Shown: positions 1 through 6,378 of the stretch, piece by piece
How the letters are laid out: the number at the start of each line of letters is the position of its first letter
Position numbering within the stretch: the stretch's first letter is position 1
DNA from: Candidatus Baldrarchaeum yapensis
Lineage (GTDB): Archaea > Asgardarchaeota > Baldrarchaeia > Baldrarchaeales > Baldrarchaeaceae
NCBI GenBank assembly: GCA_016840465.1
Contig: JAEOSH010000058.1
Coordinates: 1 to 12,275 of the forward strand
Length of the DNA stretch: 12,275 nucleotides
Reading direction: 5' to 3'
Position numbers and translations under genes: made by a program
The notes under the pieces: generated by a model
What the model was told of the DNA's origin: nothing
The model's database searches: none
The model's input: the letters and a program-made list of their open reading frames with translations, nothing else

Positions 1-2
1 AG

Positions 3-644
3 GGAGGGGTTGTGCTGGTCCCGGTTTTTGCGGTGGGGAGGGGTCAGGAGATATTCACGGCGCTTCATTTGGTGAGGAGGGAGTTGGGGGAGGTGCCGCT
101 GTTTGTGGATGGTATGGTGAGGGAGTGCACGCGGGTGTACTACAGGTATCTTGATCTCTTGACGCGGGAGTGCCGGGAGGCTTTGGAGGATCCGTGGATA
201 AGTGATGAGATATTCCATGGTAGGGTTTTTTCGAGAGAGACCATTGCAAGGGCGACGGGAGTTGTCATATCTACGAGTGGGATGCTTTTGGGGCCGGCGC
301 TTGAGTTTTTCAGGTTGATAGCAGGAGATCCTAGGAATGCTGTTGTCATTGTGAGTTATCAGGCTCCATCTACTCCGGGGTACTTGGTGTCACAGGGTCG
401 CAATCTCTTGGAACTGGAGAGCGGGGTTGTTCGGGTGAGGTGCCGGGTTGAGGTGATTTCCGGTTTCAGCGGGCATAGCGACTATTCCGACATACTCAGA
501 TACTTGGGTGAGGTATCTCCAGAGGTTTGTATTCTTGTACACGGTGATGAAGACGCCATTTATGCAATGAAGGAGAGGGCGGAGAGCGTTTTGCGCGAGG
601 CGCGTATAGAGGTTCCAGGTGTCGGTGAGGGACTCGAGTTGTGA
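3..644 (+). CDS. beta-CASP family metallo-beta-lactamase-fold nuclease (CPSF/RNase J-like), 5'-truncated by the window edge
   Basis: Open frame from position 3 to TGA 642-644. Contains VPVFAVGRGQE, FVDGM, STSGML, YQAPSTPG, FSGHSD (beta-CASP motif B His) and LVHGD (motif C His). The MBL core motifs lie upstream of the window. Confidence 0.88.
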   Translation, partial: GGVVLVPVFAVGRGQEIFTALHLVRRELGEVPLFVDGMVRECTRVYYRYLDLLTRECREALEDPWISDEIFHGRVFSRETIARATGVVISTSGMLLGPALEFFRLIAGDPRNAVVIVSYQAPSTPGYLVSQGRNLLELESGVVRVRCRVEVISGFSGHSDYSDILRYLGEVSPEVCILVHGDEDAIYAMKERAESVLREARIEVPGVGEGLEL

Positions 645-758
645 TCCTCGTTGCATCAAAAATTTTCAAATGGAGGGAGTTGGTTTCAAAAAGCGATGCC
701 CACAAATAAATTTGTTGGTATTATCAAAAACAAACATAAACTTTCACCTACCACAAGG

Positions 759-773
759 TTTTATTTCCTATAA
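759..773 (+). promoter_or_regulatory. Candidate TATA-like promoter for the DHH operon
   Basis: TTTTATTT at 759-766 and CTATAA just after it, in an AT-rich intergenic region about 30 nt upstream of the 798-840 hairpin. Confidence 0.35.
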
Positions 774-797
774 TGGATGATAATACTATTGGGGATG

Positions 798-840
798 ACC
801 CACTACACGCGCATCGATGCATGAGGTGCGTGTGGTGGGT
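798..840 (+). other. Long RNA hairpin in the probable 5' leader of the DHH gene
   Basis: 798-812 pairs with 826-840 (15 contiguous pairs, two of them G-U on the + strand), then one mismatch, two more pairs and a 7-nt loop. Confidence 0.6.
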
Positions 841-862
841 GACCCTGCATGGGGGTGATGAC

Positions 863-1903
863 ATGGACTATCCCCTATCTGCCAGTATCGACAACCGCGT
901 AAAAAGGTTAGCGGTAGGGGAGAGTTCAGTGACCCCCCAGCGGCGGACGGTTGTTGTGTTCCACGGAGACGTTGACGGCATCTGTGCGGCGGGGATCATT
1001 GGTTTCTTCGAGTGTGCGGAGGAGTACATTTCTGCACATCCCCACCGACTGGGGAGGGCTCTTGAGAGTGTCAGTGCTAAGGTGGGCAGGGTTGTGCTAG
1101 TTGATCTCTCGGTGAGGAGGGACAACGCTGAGGCTATTAGGAAGCTGAAGAACCTGGCGCGGAGAGGTGTTGACGTTGTTGTTATAGATCATCACAAATC
1201 CACGATGATGGCTTCCTCTCTCCTCGCGTCCTACGGTATCAGGGTTCACGTATCGTTGAGGGTTGCCTCCGCCGCGGAGCTGGCGCTAAGGGTTTACGGG
1301 GGCAGGGGTTCCCCCCACCCTGAGGACGTTGCAAGCATAGCCTCAGCGGTTGAAAAAGGCGTTTGTGAGAGACTTCCTCGGAAGTTGAGGAGAGAGGCTT
1401 GGATGTTGGCGTCGGTCGAGGGCTACGGCAAGGCTTTCCCCCGCATTTACGGGGTTGCGGTGAGGGGAATTGCGGAGGGCAGGATGCCTTCGAAGATTCC
1501 GGAGGTCAGGAGGGCGCATCAGGAGATGTTGGAGGTCAGGAGAAGGTTCCGGGAGCGCGTGTTGAGGAGTGTTATTGAAGTTTCGGAGAGACTGTACCTG
1601 TGGGACGTGCGGGGGACGTTCTTAGGGTGCGTGGTTATGCGGGGGCTGATTAAGGAGATCATTAGGAGCAGGGAGGGCGTTGTTGTTTGCGTTTTAGGGA
1701 AGGGTGATGGGTTGGGGCGCGTTGTCGTAGTGGTGCGGAAGAACATATCCGTAAACGTGGATCTTTTGGAGGTTTGCAACGATGCTGCCAGAATGTGCGG
1801 AGGATGGATTGATGGGCACAAGGAGGCCGTTAGCGGCGTCATATTGGAGGAGAGGATTGAAGATTTCCTGAGGATTGTGGGGGCGAGGATCCGTGGGGGT
1901 TAA
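863..1903 (+). CDS. DHH family phosphoesterase with C-terminal DHHA1 domain (RecJ/nanoRNase-like), 346 aa
   Basis: Motifs FHGDVDG (I), VVLVDL (II), VIDHH (III), SAAEL (IV) and C-terminal GGWIDGHKEAVSG (GGGHxxAxG-like). Start moved from 773 to ATG 863 because GGGGTGA lies just upstream. Confidence 0.88.
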   Translation: MDYPLSASIDNRVKRLAVGESSVTPQRRTVVVFHGDVDGICAAGIIGFFECAEEYISAHPHRLGRALESVSAKVGRVVLVDLSVRRDNAEAIRKLKNLARRGVDVVVIDHHKSTMMASSLLASYGIRVHVSLRVASAAELALRVYGGRGSPHPEDVASIASAVEKGVCERLPRKLRREAWMLASVEGYGKAFPRIYGVAVRGIAEGRMPSKIPEVRRAHQEMLEVRRRFRERVLRSVIEVSERLYLWDVRGTFLGCVVMRGLIKEIIRSREGVVVCVLGKGDGLGRVVVVVRKNISVNVDLLEVCNDAARMCGGWIDGHKEAVSGVILEERIEDFLRIVGARIRGG

Positions 1904-1922
1904 CATGGCGGAGGAGGGAGGC

Positions 1923-2207
1923 ATGGATCTGCGGGTGTTGGTGCATGAGATTTCTGTGGAGCTCTGCGTTGGGATGGAGTACGTGGAGATGCTTGTTCGA
2001 GGGGAAGTGGAGCTTGCGGAGTTTGCGCGCGAAGTTCTGAGAAGGCCATGGGGTCCGATAGATGAAGAGGAGGAGTTGAGGATTGCCATGAAGTTCGTGG
2101 AAGACGTTGTGGGAGCAATTTTAGAGATAAGGGGTGAGTACGATGAGGAGAAGGCGGCGAGGATTGCACGTAGATTGGTTAGAAGGTGCTTCGGGATCCG
2201 ACTTTGA
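1923..2207 (+). CDS. Hypothetical alpha-helical protein (~94 aa)
   Basis: ATG 1923 follows GGAGG; ATG 1905, 2 nt after the DHH stop, is an alternative. Codon style matches the neighbouring genes. Confidence 0.7.
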   Translation: MDLRVLVHEISVELCVGMEYVEMLVRGEVELAEFAREVLRRPWGPIDEEEELRIAMKFVEDVVGAILEIRGEYDEEKAARIARRLVRRCFGIRL

Positions 2208-2235
2208 TGTTGCGGAGGCTTTCGTCTATCGGGTG

Positions 2236-2496
2236 ATGGTCGAGGAGTTTGCGGAGCTCAGGAGAGAGTTTACGGAGAGGTTCGGGATAAGTTTGAGGAC
2301 CGCCGCGATGCTGTTGCATGGGTTGCTTACGAGTGAAAACGTCATGGATGTGTTGACGGGGGCTGTCAGGAGGATGCTCGTGGATGGGGTCGATTATTCG
2401 AGGATTCGGCACAAGATTCTGGAGGTGCTGAGGAGGTTCGGCGAGGAGGTTATACGGGGGATCAGAGATCACAACCTCATCGATATGTACACCTGA
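2236..2496 (+). CDS. Hypothetical helical protein with a possible HTH motif; start uncertain (2143, 2164 or 2236)
   Basis: Open frame 2134-2496. FTERFGISLRTAAMLL resembles an HTH turn plus recognition helix. Followed by a terminator-like signal. Confidence 0.65.
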   Translation: MVEEFAELRREFTERFGISLRTAAMLLHGLLTSENVMDVLTGAVRRMLVDGVDYSRIRHKILEVLRRFGEEVIRGIRDHNLIDMYT

Positions 2497-2533
2497 TGTT
2501 GCACTGCATAACTGTTAAATCCGGTGACGTTGC

Positions 2534-2567
2534 GGCGCTCGGCGCCAATTATTAATTTTATTTTTTT
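2534..2567 (+). terminator. Hairpin plus oligo-T terminator-like signal ending the DHH operon
   Basis: GGCGC-TCG-GCGCC stem-loop at 2534-2546, followed by TTTTATTTTTTT at 2556-2567. Confidence 0.5.
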
Positions 2568-2703
2568 ACGACGTAATTTTTGAAAATGGATCTTTTAGAA
2601 CCCTAGGATTGTTGATATTGGTGATTTGCTATGTTAGATGTTCTCATAAATGCAGACCTGTAGTTAAAATATGCGGTCAGAGTGTCAACCGGATGGTGTT
2701 GTG

Positions 2704-2856
2704 ATGGCGAATGGATATAATACAAAAAGGGTAACACACGAGCATGGTGTTGATATTATTGTCAACATCGATAACAAAATTACCATACACAAACAAATTT
2801 CCCAATGACATGCTGGGTGCGTTGTACCTGTGGGCGTGGCTGACAGGTTGCTATGA
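2704..2856 (+). pseudogene. Possible remnant of an Mrr-like PD-(D/E)XK restriction endonuclease domain
   Basis: In-frame translation MANGYNTKRVTHEHGVDIIVNIDNKITIHKQISQ*HAGCVVPVGVADRLL* echoes the Mrr pattern GY...DxGxDxI...QxK...VG. Internal TGA at 2806. Confidence 0.3.
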
Positions 2857-2905
2857 GCAATGTTTATAATGCTGTGTACCATAATGTATACTGGGTGGTA
2901 ATGGT

Positions 2906-3796
2906 ATGGGTATGGAGCCTGTATATTTGAATGTCGCCCACTGGAGGGGGCGGTCGGAGCACCGTAGGAGGGTGATCGAGTTGACGAGGAGGTTTTTGGA
3001 GGAGCGTAACAAGAAGGCGCTGGTTGCGCTAATGGAGGAGTTGTGGAGCATGGATATGTTCAGGAACATCGAGTGGGTGGTGGAGCACAGGGTTTTAAGG
3101 GGGAGAGAGGAGGCTCTTAATGAAGTGGCGGAGGCGCTGAGGAGGTTGCTGGATGAGGGTGTGGATTTGAGAGAGAGGTGGGCGGTGGCCATTCCGGGCG
3201 TCGGTGTCAGCAGCAGGACGGAGATACTGTTCTGTCATTATCCGGACCGGTATCCGATTGCGAATGTTCGGTCTGTGGAGGCGCTGAGGAGGTTGGGCTA
3301 CTGGGAGGGTGAGGGGGTTCCGGGGAGTTATGAGGAGTATCGCAGGTTTGTGGAGGCGTGTGAGAGGTTTGTGAGCGACTACATTGATTTGAAGAGGAAG
3401 ATTGAGGAAAGGCTTGGGGAGGGGTTGCCGAGGTTTGAGTTTGCAGACGGTATTTTCAACCTGCTGTACGAGGGGCGTGTGAGCGAGGAGGAGTTAAGGG
3501 CCGGGGAGGTGGAGGTCGTCGGAACTGAGGAGTTGGAGGGGTTATGCAGGGAAGGGGTGCTGAAGGTCATCGAGAGGGTCGTCAGGCAGTACTTTTACTG
3601 GAGGCAACGCGGTCTCTCTCATAGGGATGCGGTTGACAGGGCGGTCAGTTATGCGTTTGGGAGGTTGGAGTCTGCGTTGTCCGAGGTGTTGAGCGATCCT
3701 AGACGGAGGAGGCTGCTGTTAGTTGTATACAGCGTGGTGGGTGATCTCATGAGGGGGCTTGCTGAGATGATGAGGGAGTACTATTCGGAGGGGTGA
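2906..3796 (+). CDS. Hypothetical protein with a helix-hairpin-helix-like motif (IPGVG) and an unassigned C-terminal helical domain, 296 aa
   Basis: Long ORF with G-rich coding bias. IPGVGVSSRTEILFCHYPDRYPIANVRSVEALRRLG resembles HhH-GPD-like DNA-binding domains. Confidence 0.8.
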   Translation: MGMEPVYLNVAHWRGRSEHRRRVIELTRRFLEERNKKALVALMEELWSMDMFRNIEWVVEHRVLRGREEALNEVAEALRRLLDEGVDLRERWAVAIPGVGVSSRTEILFCHYPDRYPIANVRSVEALRRLGYWEGEGVPGSYEEYRRFVEACERFVSDYIDLKRKIEERLGEGLPRFEFADGIFNLLYEGRVSEEELRAGEVEVVGTEELEGLCREGVLKVIERVVRQYFYWRQRGLSHRDAVDRAVSYAFGRLESALSEVLSDPRRRRLLLVVYSVVGDLMRGLAEMMREYYSEG

Positions 3797-3927
3797 TGGG
3801 CATGTTCTCGGTACTGTACTTTTCTCCTAAGAGGTTGAGGGATGGACGGGCCAATATGGGTTGTTAGCAGAGCCCGGAGTGGAGGAGCATAGAGGTGTGA
3901 ACCGTTGTAGTACAGCATAATATACTA

Positions 3928-3952
3928 TTTTGTATCAATTTTTGTATACAAA
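3928..3952. promoter_or_regulatory. Candidate operator or promoter: palindrome TTTGTATACAAA plus TTTTGTAT direct repeat
   Basis: Perfect 12-bp palindrome at 3941-3952. TTTTGTAT occurs at 3928-3935 and 3940-3947, about 35 nt upstream of ATG 3987. Confidence 0.4.
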
Positions 3953-3986
3953 TAATCGTACCATACTGAAGAGCGGAGGTGGCGGT

Positions 3987-4196
3987 ATGACGCGTGCTGA
4001 GTTGTGCAGACCCATTTGTTACTACGTGGTTGCGCATACCCGGCTGAGGACCATTTTATCTCCAGACGAGATAGAAGCTTTATGGAGGGCGTTTGAGCGC
4101 ATGGGATTTGATGTTCTGACTGCCGATAATACGGGGTTCATAGTGGCATGCGGAGAGGAGAGGTTAAGGGATATGATACACGTTGAGGAGTTTTAA
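3987..4196 (+). CDS. Hypothetical protein (69 aa), probably the 5' half of a gene split by a TAA
   Basis: GGAGGTGG RBS at 3975-3982 before ATG 3987. Same reading frame as ORF 4203-4463. Confidence 0.6.
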   Translation: MTRAELCRPICYYVVAHTRLRTILSPDEIEALWRAFERMGFDVLTADNTGFIVACGEERLRDMIHVEEF

Positions 4197-4202
4197 TTCT
4201 TC

Positions 4203-4463
4203 ATGACATCGATGGACGTTGCGCTGGTGAGATCTGGGCTGATGTTCGTGCACGTTTTTGGGTGGTATTCACAATATGACATTCCGGCGGGGTGTGTCTT
4301 GGTGGATGAAGGAATGAGAGAATATAGGGTTGTGGATGCGGTGTTAAGATTTGTTGAGTGTGTTCTGAGGGATGTTTTGGGCGTTAGTGTGTCCATAGGG
4401 GTAATAAGGTGCGGGAGGGTTTGCTTCTTTGAGCACTTAGGTGCCTACTCGGGGTCTTGGTGA
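4203..4463 (+). CDS. Hypothetical protein (86 aa), probably the 3' half of the split gene
   Basis: In frame with 3987-4196 and separated from it only by TAA TTC TTC. Confidence 0.55.
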   Translation: MTSMDVALVRSGLMFVHVFGWYSQYDIPAGCVLVDEGMREYRVVDAVLRFVECVLRDVLGVSVSIGVIRCGRVCFFEHLGAYSGSW

Positions 4464-4594
4464 CTTACATGGATTTCGTGGCTAATGTTTTGGGGATAAC
4501 ATTTGAGAATATATGTTCATAAGGATTGGTGGTGCATTGTGGTTGTCATTCCTTTTTCCGAGGGACTGAGGTATTAGGTCGCCGTATCGCTGAA

Positions 4595-4601
4595 TTTATA
4601 A
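4595..4601 (+). promoter_or_regulatory. TATA box of the vapBC operon
   Basis: TTTATAA about 34 nt upstream of ATG 4635; GGTGGAG RBS at 4625-4631. Confidence 0.55.
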
Positions 4602-4634
4602 GGTTACTCTAATAATGGGGACACGGTGGAGCGT

Positions 4635-4859
4635 ATGTCCAGAGTTATCGAGGCTGTTTATGAGAATGGTGTTTTGAAACCGATGGGGAAATTAGATCTC
4701 CGCGAGGGTGAGGTTGTACGTGTGAGCATCGAGCGAGGGCGTGGTGTGCTCACAAAGGAGGATGTTGAGGAGATAAAGAGAGTATTGTCACGTCTTCCGA
4801 AGGGGAGGTTTGATTTAGAGGCGGCTGAGGAGGCGTACCTTGAAGAGATGCTACGTTGA
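4635..4859 (+). CDS. vapB: Antitoxin, AF2212/DUF104-like family (74 aa)
   Basis: Hallmark N-terminus [12 protein letters not shown]...[11 protein letters not shown]; overlaps the downstream PIN gene. Confidence 0.9.
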   Translation: MSRVIEAVYENGVLKPMGKLDLREGEVVRVSIERGRGVLTKEDVEEIKRVLSRLPKGRFDLEAAEEAYLEEMLR

Positions 4860-5286
4860 TGCGAATGTACTTGTGAAGGCCGTTATCGAGAGGGACACCT
4901 CTCTCTTCGAGAGGTTAATCGGGTATGAACTTTTCACTTCGGTTTTAACGCTGGAGGAGGCTATGTATAAGGTCATAGCGTTGACGGTTATGGAGGTCGA
5001 GGGGAGGCGGTTGGGTGCTTTTTCTGTAAAGGAAAAATACCGAAAGAAAGTAGCGAAGGATTTGATAGAAGCGAGGATAAAGGCGTTAAACGAAATCGTT
5101 TCCAGGATCACCGTGTTATCTCCGACGAAGGAAGACTTTGAATACGCGAAGGAGATTGCTTCAGAGTACAAGTTACTTCCGAATGATGCGCTTATAGTGG
5201 CGGTTATGAGGAGGAGAGGTATCGATGAGATAGCGACCTTTGATGAAGACTTCAGGCGGGTATCGGGGTTGAATGTAGTACGTTAA
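4840..5286 (+). CDS. vapC: PIN-domain VapC toxin (RNase), 148 aa
   Basis: YVDANV, LEEA, LLPNDA and ATFDEDF acidic motifs. TTG start after GAGGAGG, with a 20-nt overlap with the antitoxin. Confidence 0.92.
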   Translation: MKRCYVDANVLVKAVIERDTSLFERLIGYELFTSVLTLEEAMYKVIALTVMEVEGRRLGAFSVKEKYRKKVAKDLIEARIKALNEIVSRITVLSPTKEDFEYAKEIASEYKLLPNDALIVAVMRRRGIDEIATFDEDFRRVSGLNVVR

Positions 5287-5319
5287 TACGTATGAATGTG
5301 GAGCAGGTATGTAGGGTAA

Positions 5320-5523
5320 TTAGAACCGGGGTGGTGGGGTGAGGTCTTCCGTTGCCTTGAGCATCCACACTCCTTTCTTTTTGGCCTCCTCCACGACGTC
5401 GGGGGTCGCTGTTGCGACATAAAGCGTGAGGATTACCTTTTCCTTAAGCAGGTTCGGGTATATCTTACTGACCTTGTCATACTTTTCTAACAATTCCTGA
5501 ATTGCGCCGATCCCGGCCCTCAC
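5320..5523 (-). pseudogene. 3' fragment (67 codons plus stop) of a paralog of the coiled-coil/PD-(D/E)XK-like gene at 8474-9406
   Basis: VRAGIGAIQELL...KATEDLTPPPRF* aligns without gaps to the last 67 aa of the intact gene (45/67 identical by manual count). Homology stops abruptly at 5523. Confidence 0.9.
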
Positions 5524-5534
5524 CGGGGTGGCGG
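5325..5534. repeat. 13-bp direct repeat (12/13 identical) flanking the inverted fragment
   Basis: ACCGGGGTGGTGG at 5325-5337 and ACCGGGGTGGCGG at 5522-5534, 197 bp apart. Confidence 0.85.
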
Positions 5535-5820
5535 AATTTTCAAGACTTGGCGCTCGCGTCATAGCATACGATTTATGGAGGGAGTATTGTAATCTTGACG
5601 GTATTATTGCCGAGAGGTGGAGTAGAACTTGTTCATATCTAGATGACGCTTCACAAATATGGTTTTATCCACTTAATTACAGCGGTTCGATCTTTTGTGA
5701 AGATTGTTCTGAGGGAGTTTGCGGGGTGAGGAGGATGTGCGGGTCTGCGGGATGTTTATATATCGCTACTGGCAATAATAATACTGAGTGCGGCCAATGC
5801 AGAACAGGAGAGTGGAGTGA

Positions 5821-6378
5821 ATGGGCGAGGAAAGGGTTAGATTGCCTTTAAGTTTACTAAGTGTTTTCGGAGTGCTGCTTGTGCTGGAAGTGCTGGTAAC
5901 GATAGTCATACTGGAAGGACTGTTGCATGTAAAAAGCTGGCCAGCCTTTGTTGCGATGATTCTGTTTTTCGTTGTACATCAAAACAGGAAGGAAATCCCC
6001 AACATAGTTATTGGTGGTGCGTTCGGCATTCTGAATTTCTTCCTCTGTATGCTCTTTGTATCTGCGGTAGCACCTGCTTTCGGGGGCCCCGAAGAACTGG
6101 CACAACTCATTTCTGTGATGATCTATGTTGCAGTGTTCGTTTTCCTAATCGTAGTACTTGCTGAACGATTACCATGGCTGTTCAACGCTTATGCTTTCAT
6201 GTACTTCACTGTCGCATTTGCAGACCTTGCAAGTTTCTTGGAGAACAACATCGTCTGGATTTATTGGCTTGCAGTTGAACTCATCGGTGGAACTCTCTTA
6301 ATACTGGGAGTCCTTGGAATATCGGTTGTCGTTGCTAAGATGATGGCTAAACGAGCGGCTAAAGCTGGTGAAAGTTAA
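5821..6378 (+). CDS. Integral membrane protein with about 5 TM helices, DUF1097-like (tentative), 185 aa
   Basis: Long hydrophobic segments; WPAFVAMILFF, GGAFG and PWLFNAYAFMYF motifs; GGAGTGA RBS directly before the ATG. Confidence 0.8.
   Translation: MGEERVRLPLSLLSVFGVLLVLEVLVTIVILEGLLHVKSWPAFVAMILFFVVHQNRKEIPNIVIGGAFGILNFFLCMLFVSAVAPAFGGPEELAQLISVMIYVAVFVFLIVVLAERLPWLFNAYAFMYFTVAFADLASFLENNIVWIYWLAVELIGGTLLILGVLGISVVVAKMMAKRAAKAGES

Larger units (their letters stand above)
5292..5765 (+). pseudogene. Disrupted divergent paralog of the 3987-4463 gene
   Basis: Four collinear similarity blocks: MNVEQVCRVI/MTRAELCRPI, AEFSRLGARVIAYD/RAFERMGFDVLTAD, VLLPRGGVELVHI/VALVRSGLMFVHV and TAVRSFVKIVLREFAG/DAVLRFVECVLRDVLG. 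Spread over different frames with stops and an inverted insert. Right boundary approximate. Confidence 0.55.

Noticed and set aside
3-644. beta-CASP protein as a type VII CRISPR effector
   Set aside because: The protein ends shortly after motif C with no C-terminal extension, and there is no cas gene or array in the window; DNA to the left is unseen.
656-730. TCAAAAA three times (656, 686, 724) as a mini-CRISPR
   Set aside because: The unit is only 7 bp, low complexity and irregularly spaced in AT-rich DNA.
792-842. K-turn or box C/D motif at the base of the leader hairpin (GGGATGA / GTGA)
   Set aside because: The required G-A pair register is incompatible with the stem register.
773-862. 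N-terminal extension of the DHH ORF
   Set aside because: It covers the hairpin and leader, has no RBS, and ATG 863 has a strong GGGGTGA RBS.
55-4396. Numerous short minus-strand Ser/Pro/Thr-rich ORFs in the left block
   Set aside because: Antisense artefacts of G-rich plus-strand coding sequence.
5320-5523. DGR template/variable-repeat relationship between the fragment and 9203-9406
   Set aside because: Differences are not adenine-specific (many C/G synonymous changes) and no reverse transcriptase is present in the window.
5528-5851. 107-aa Cys-rich ORF as a real gene or Rossmann-fold fragment
   Set aside because: Only its first ~15 codons look meaningful, and they fit the disrupted paralog better; further similarity shifts to another frame, and it overlaps the next gene.
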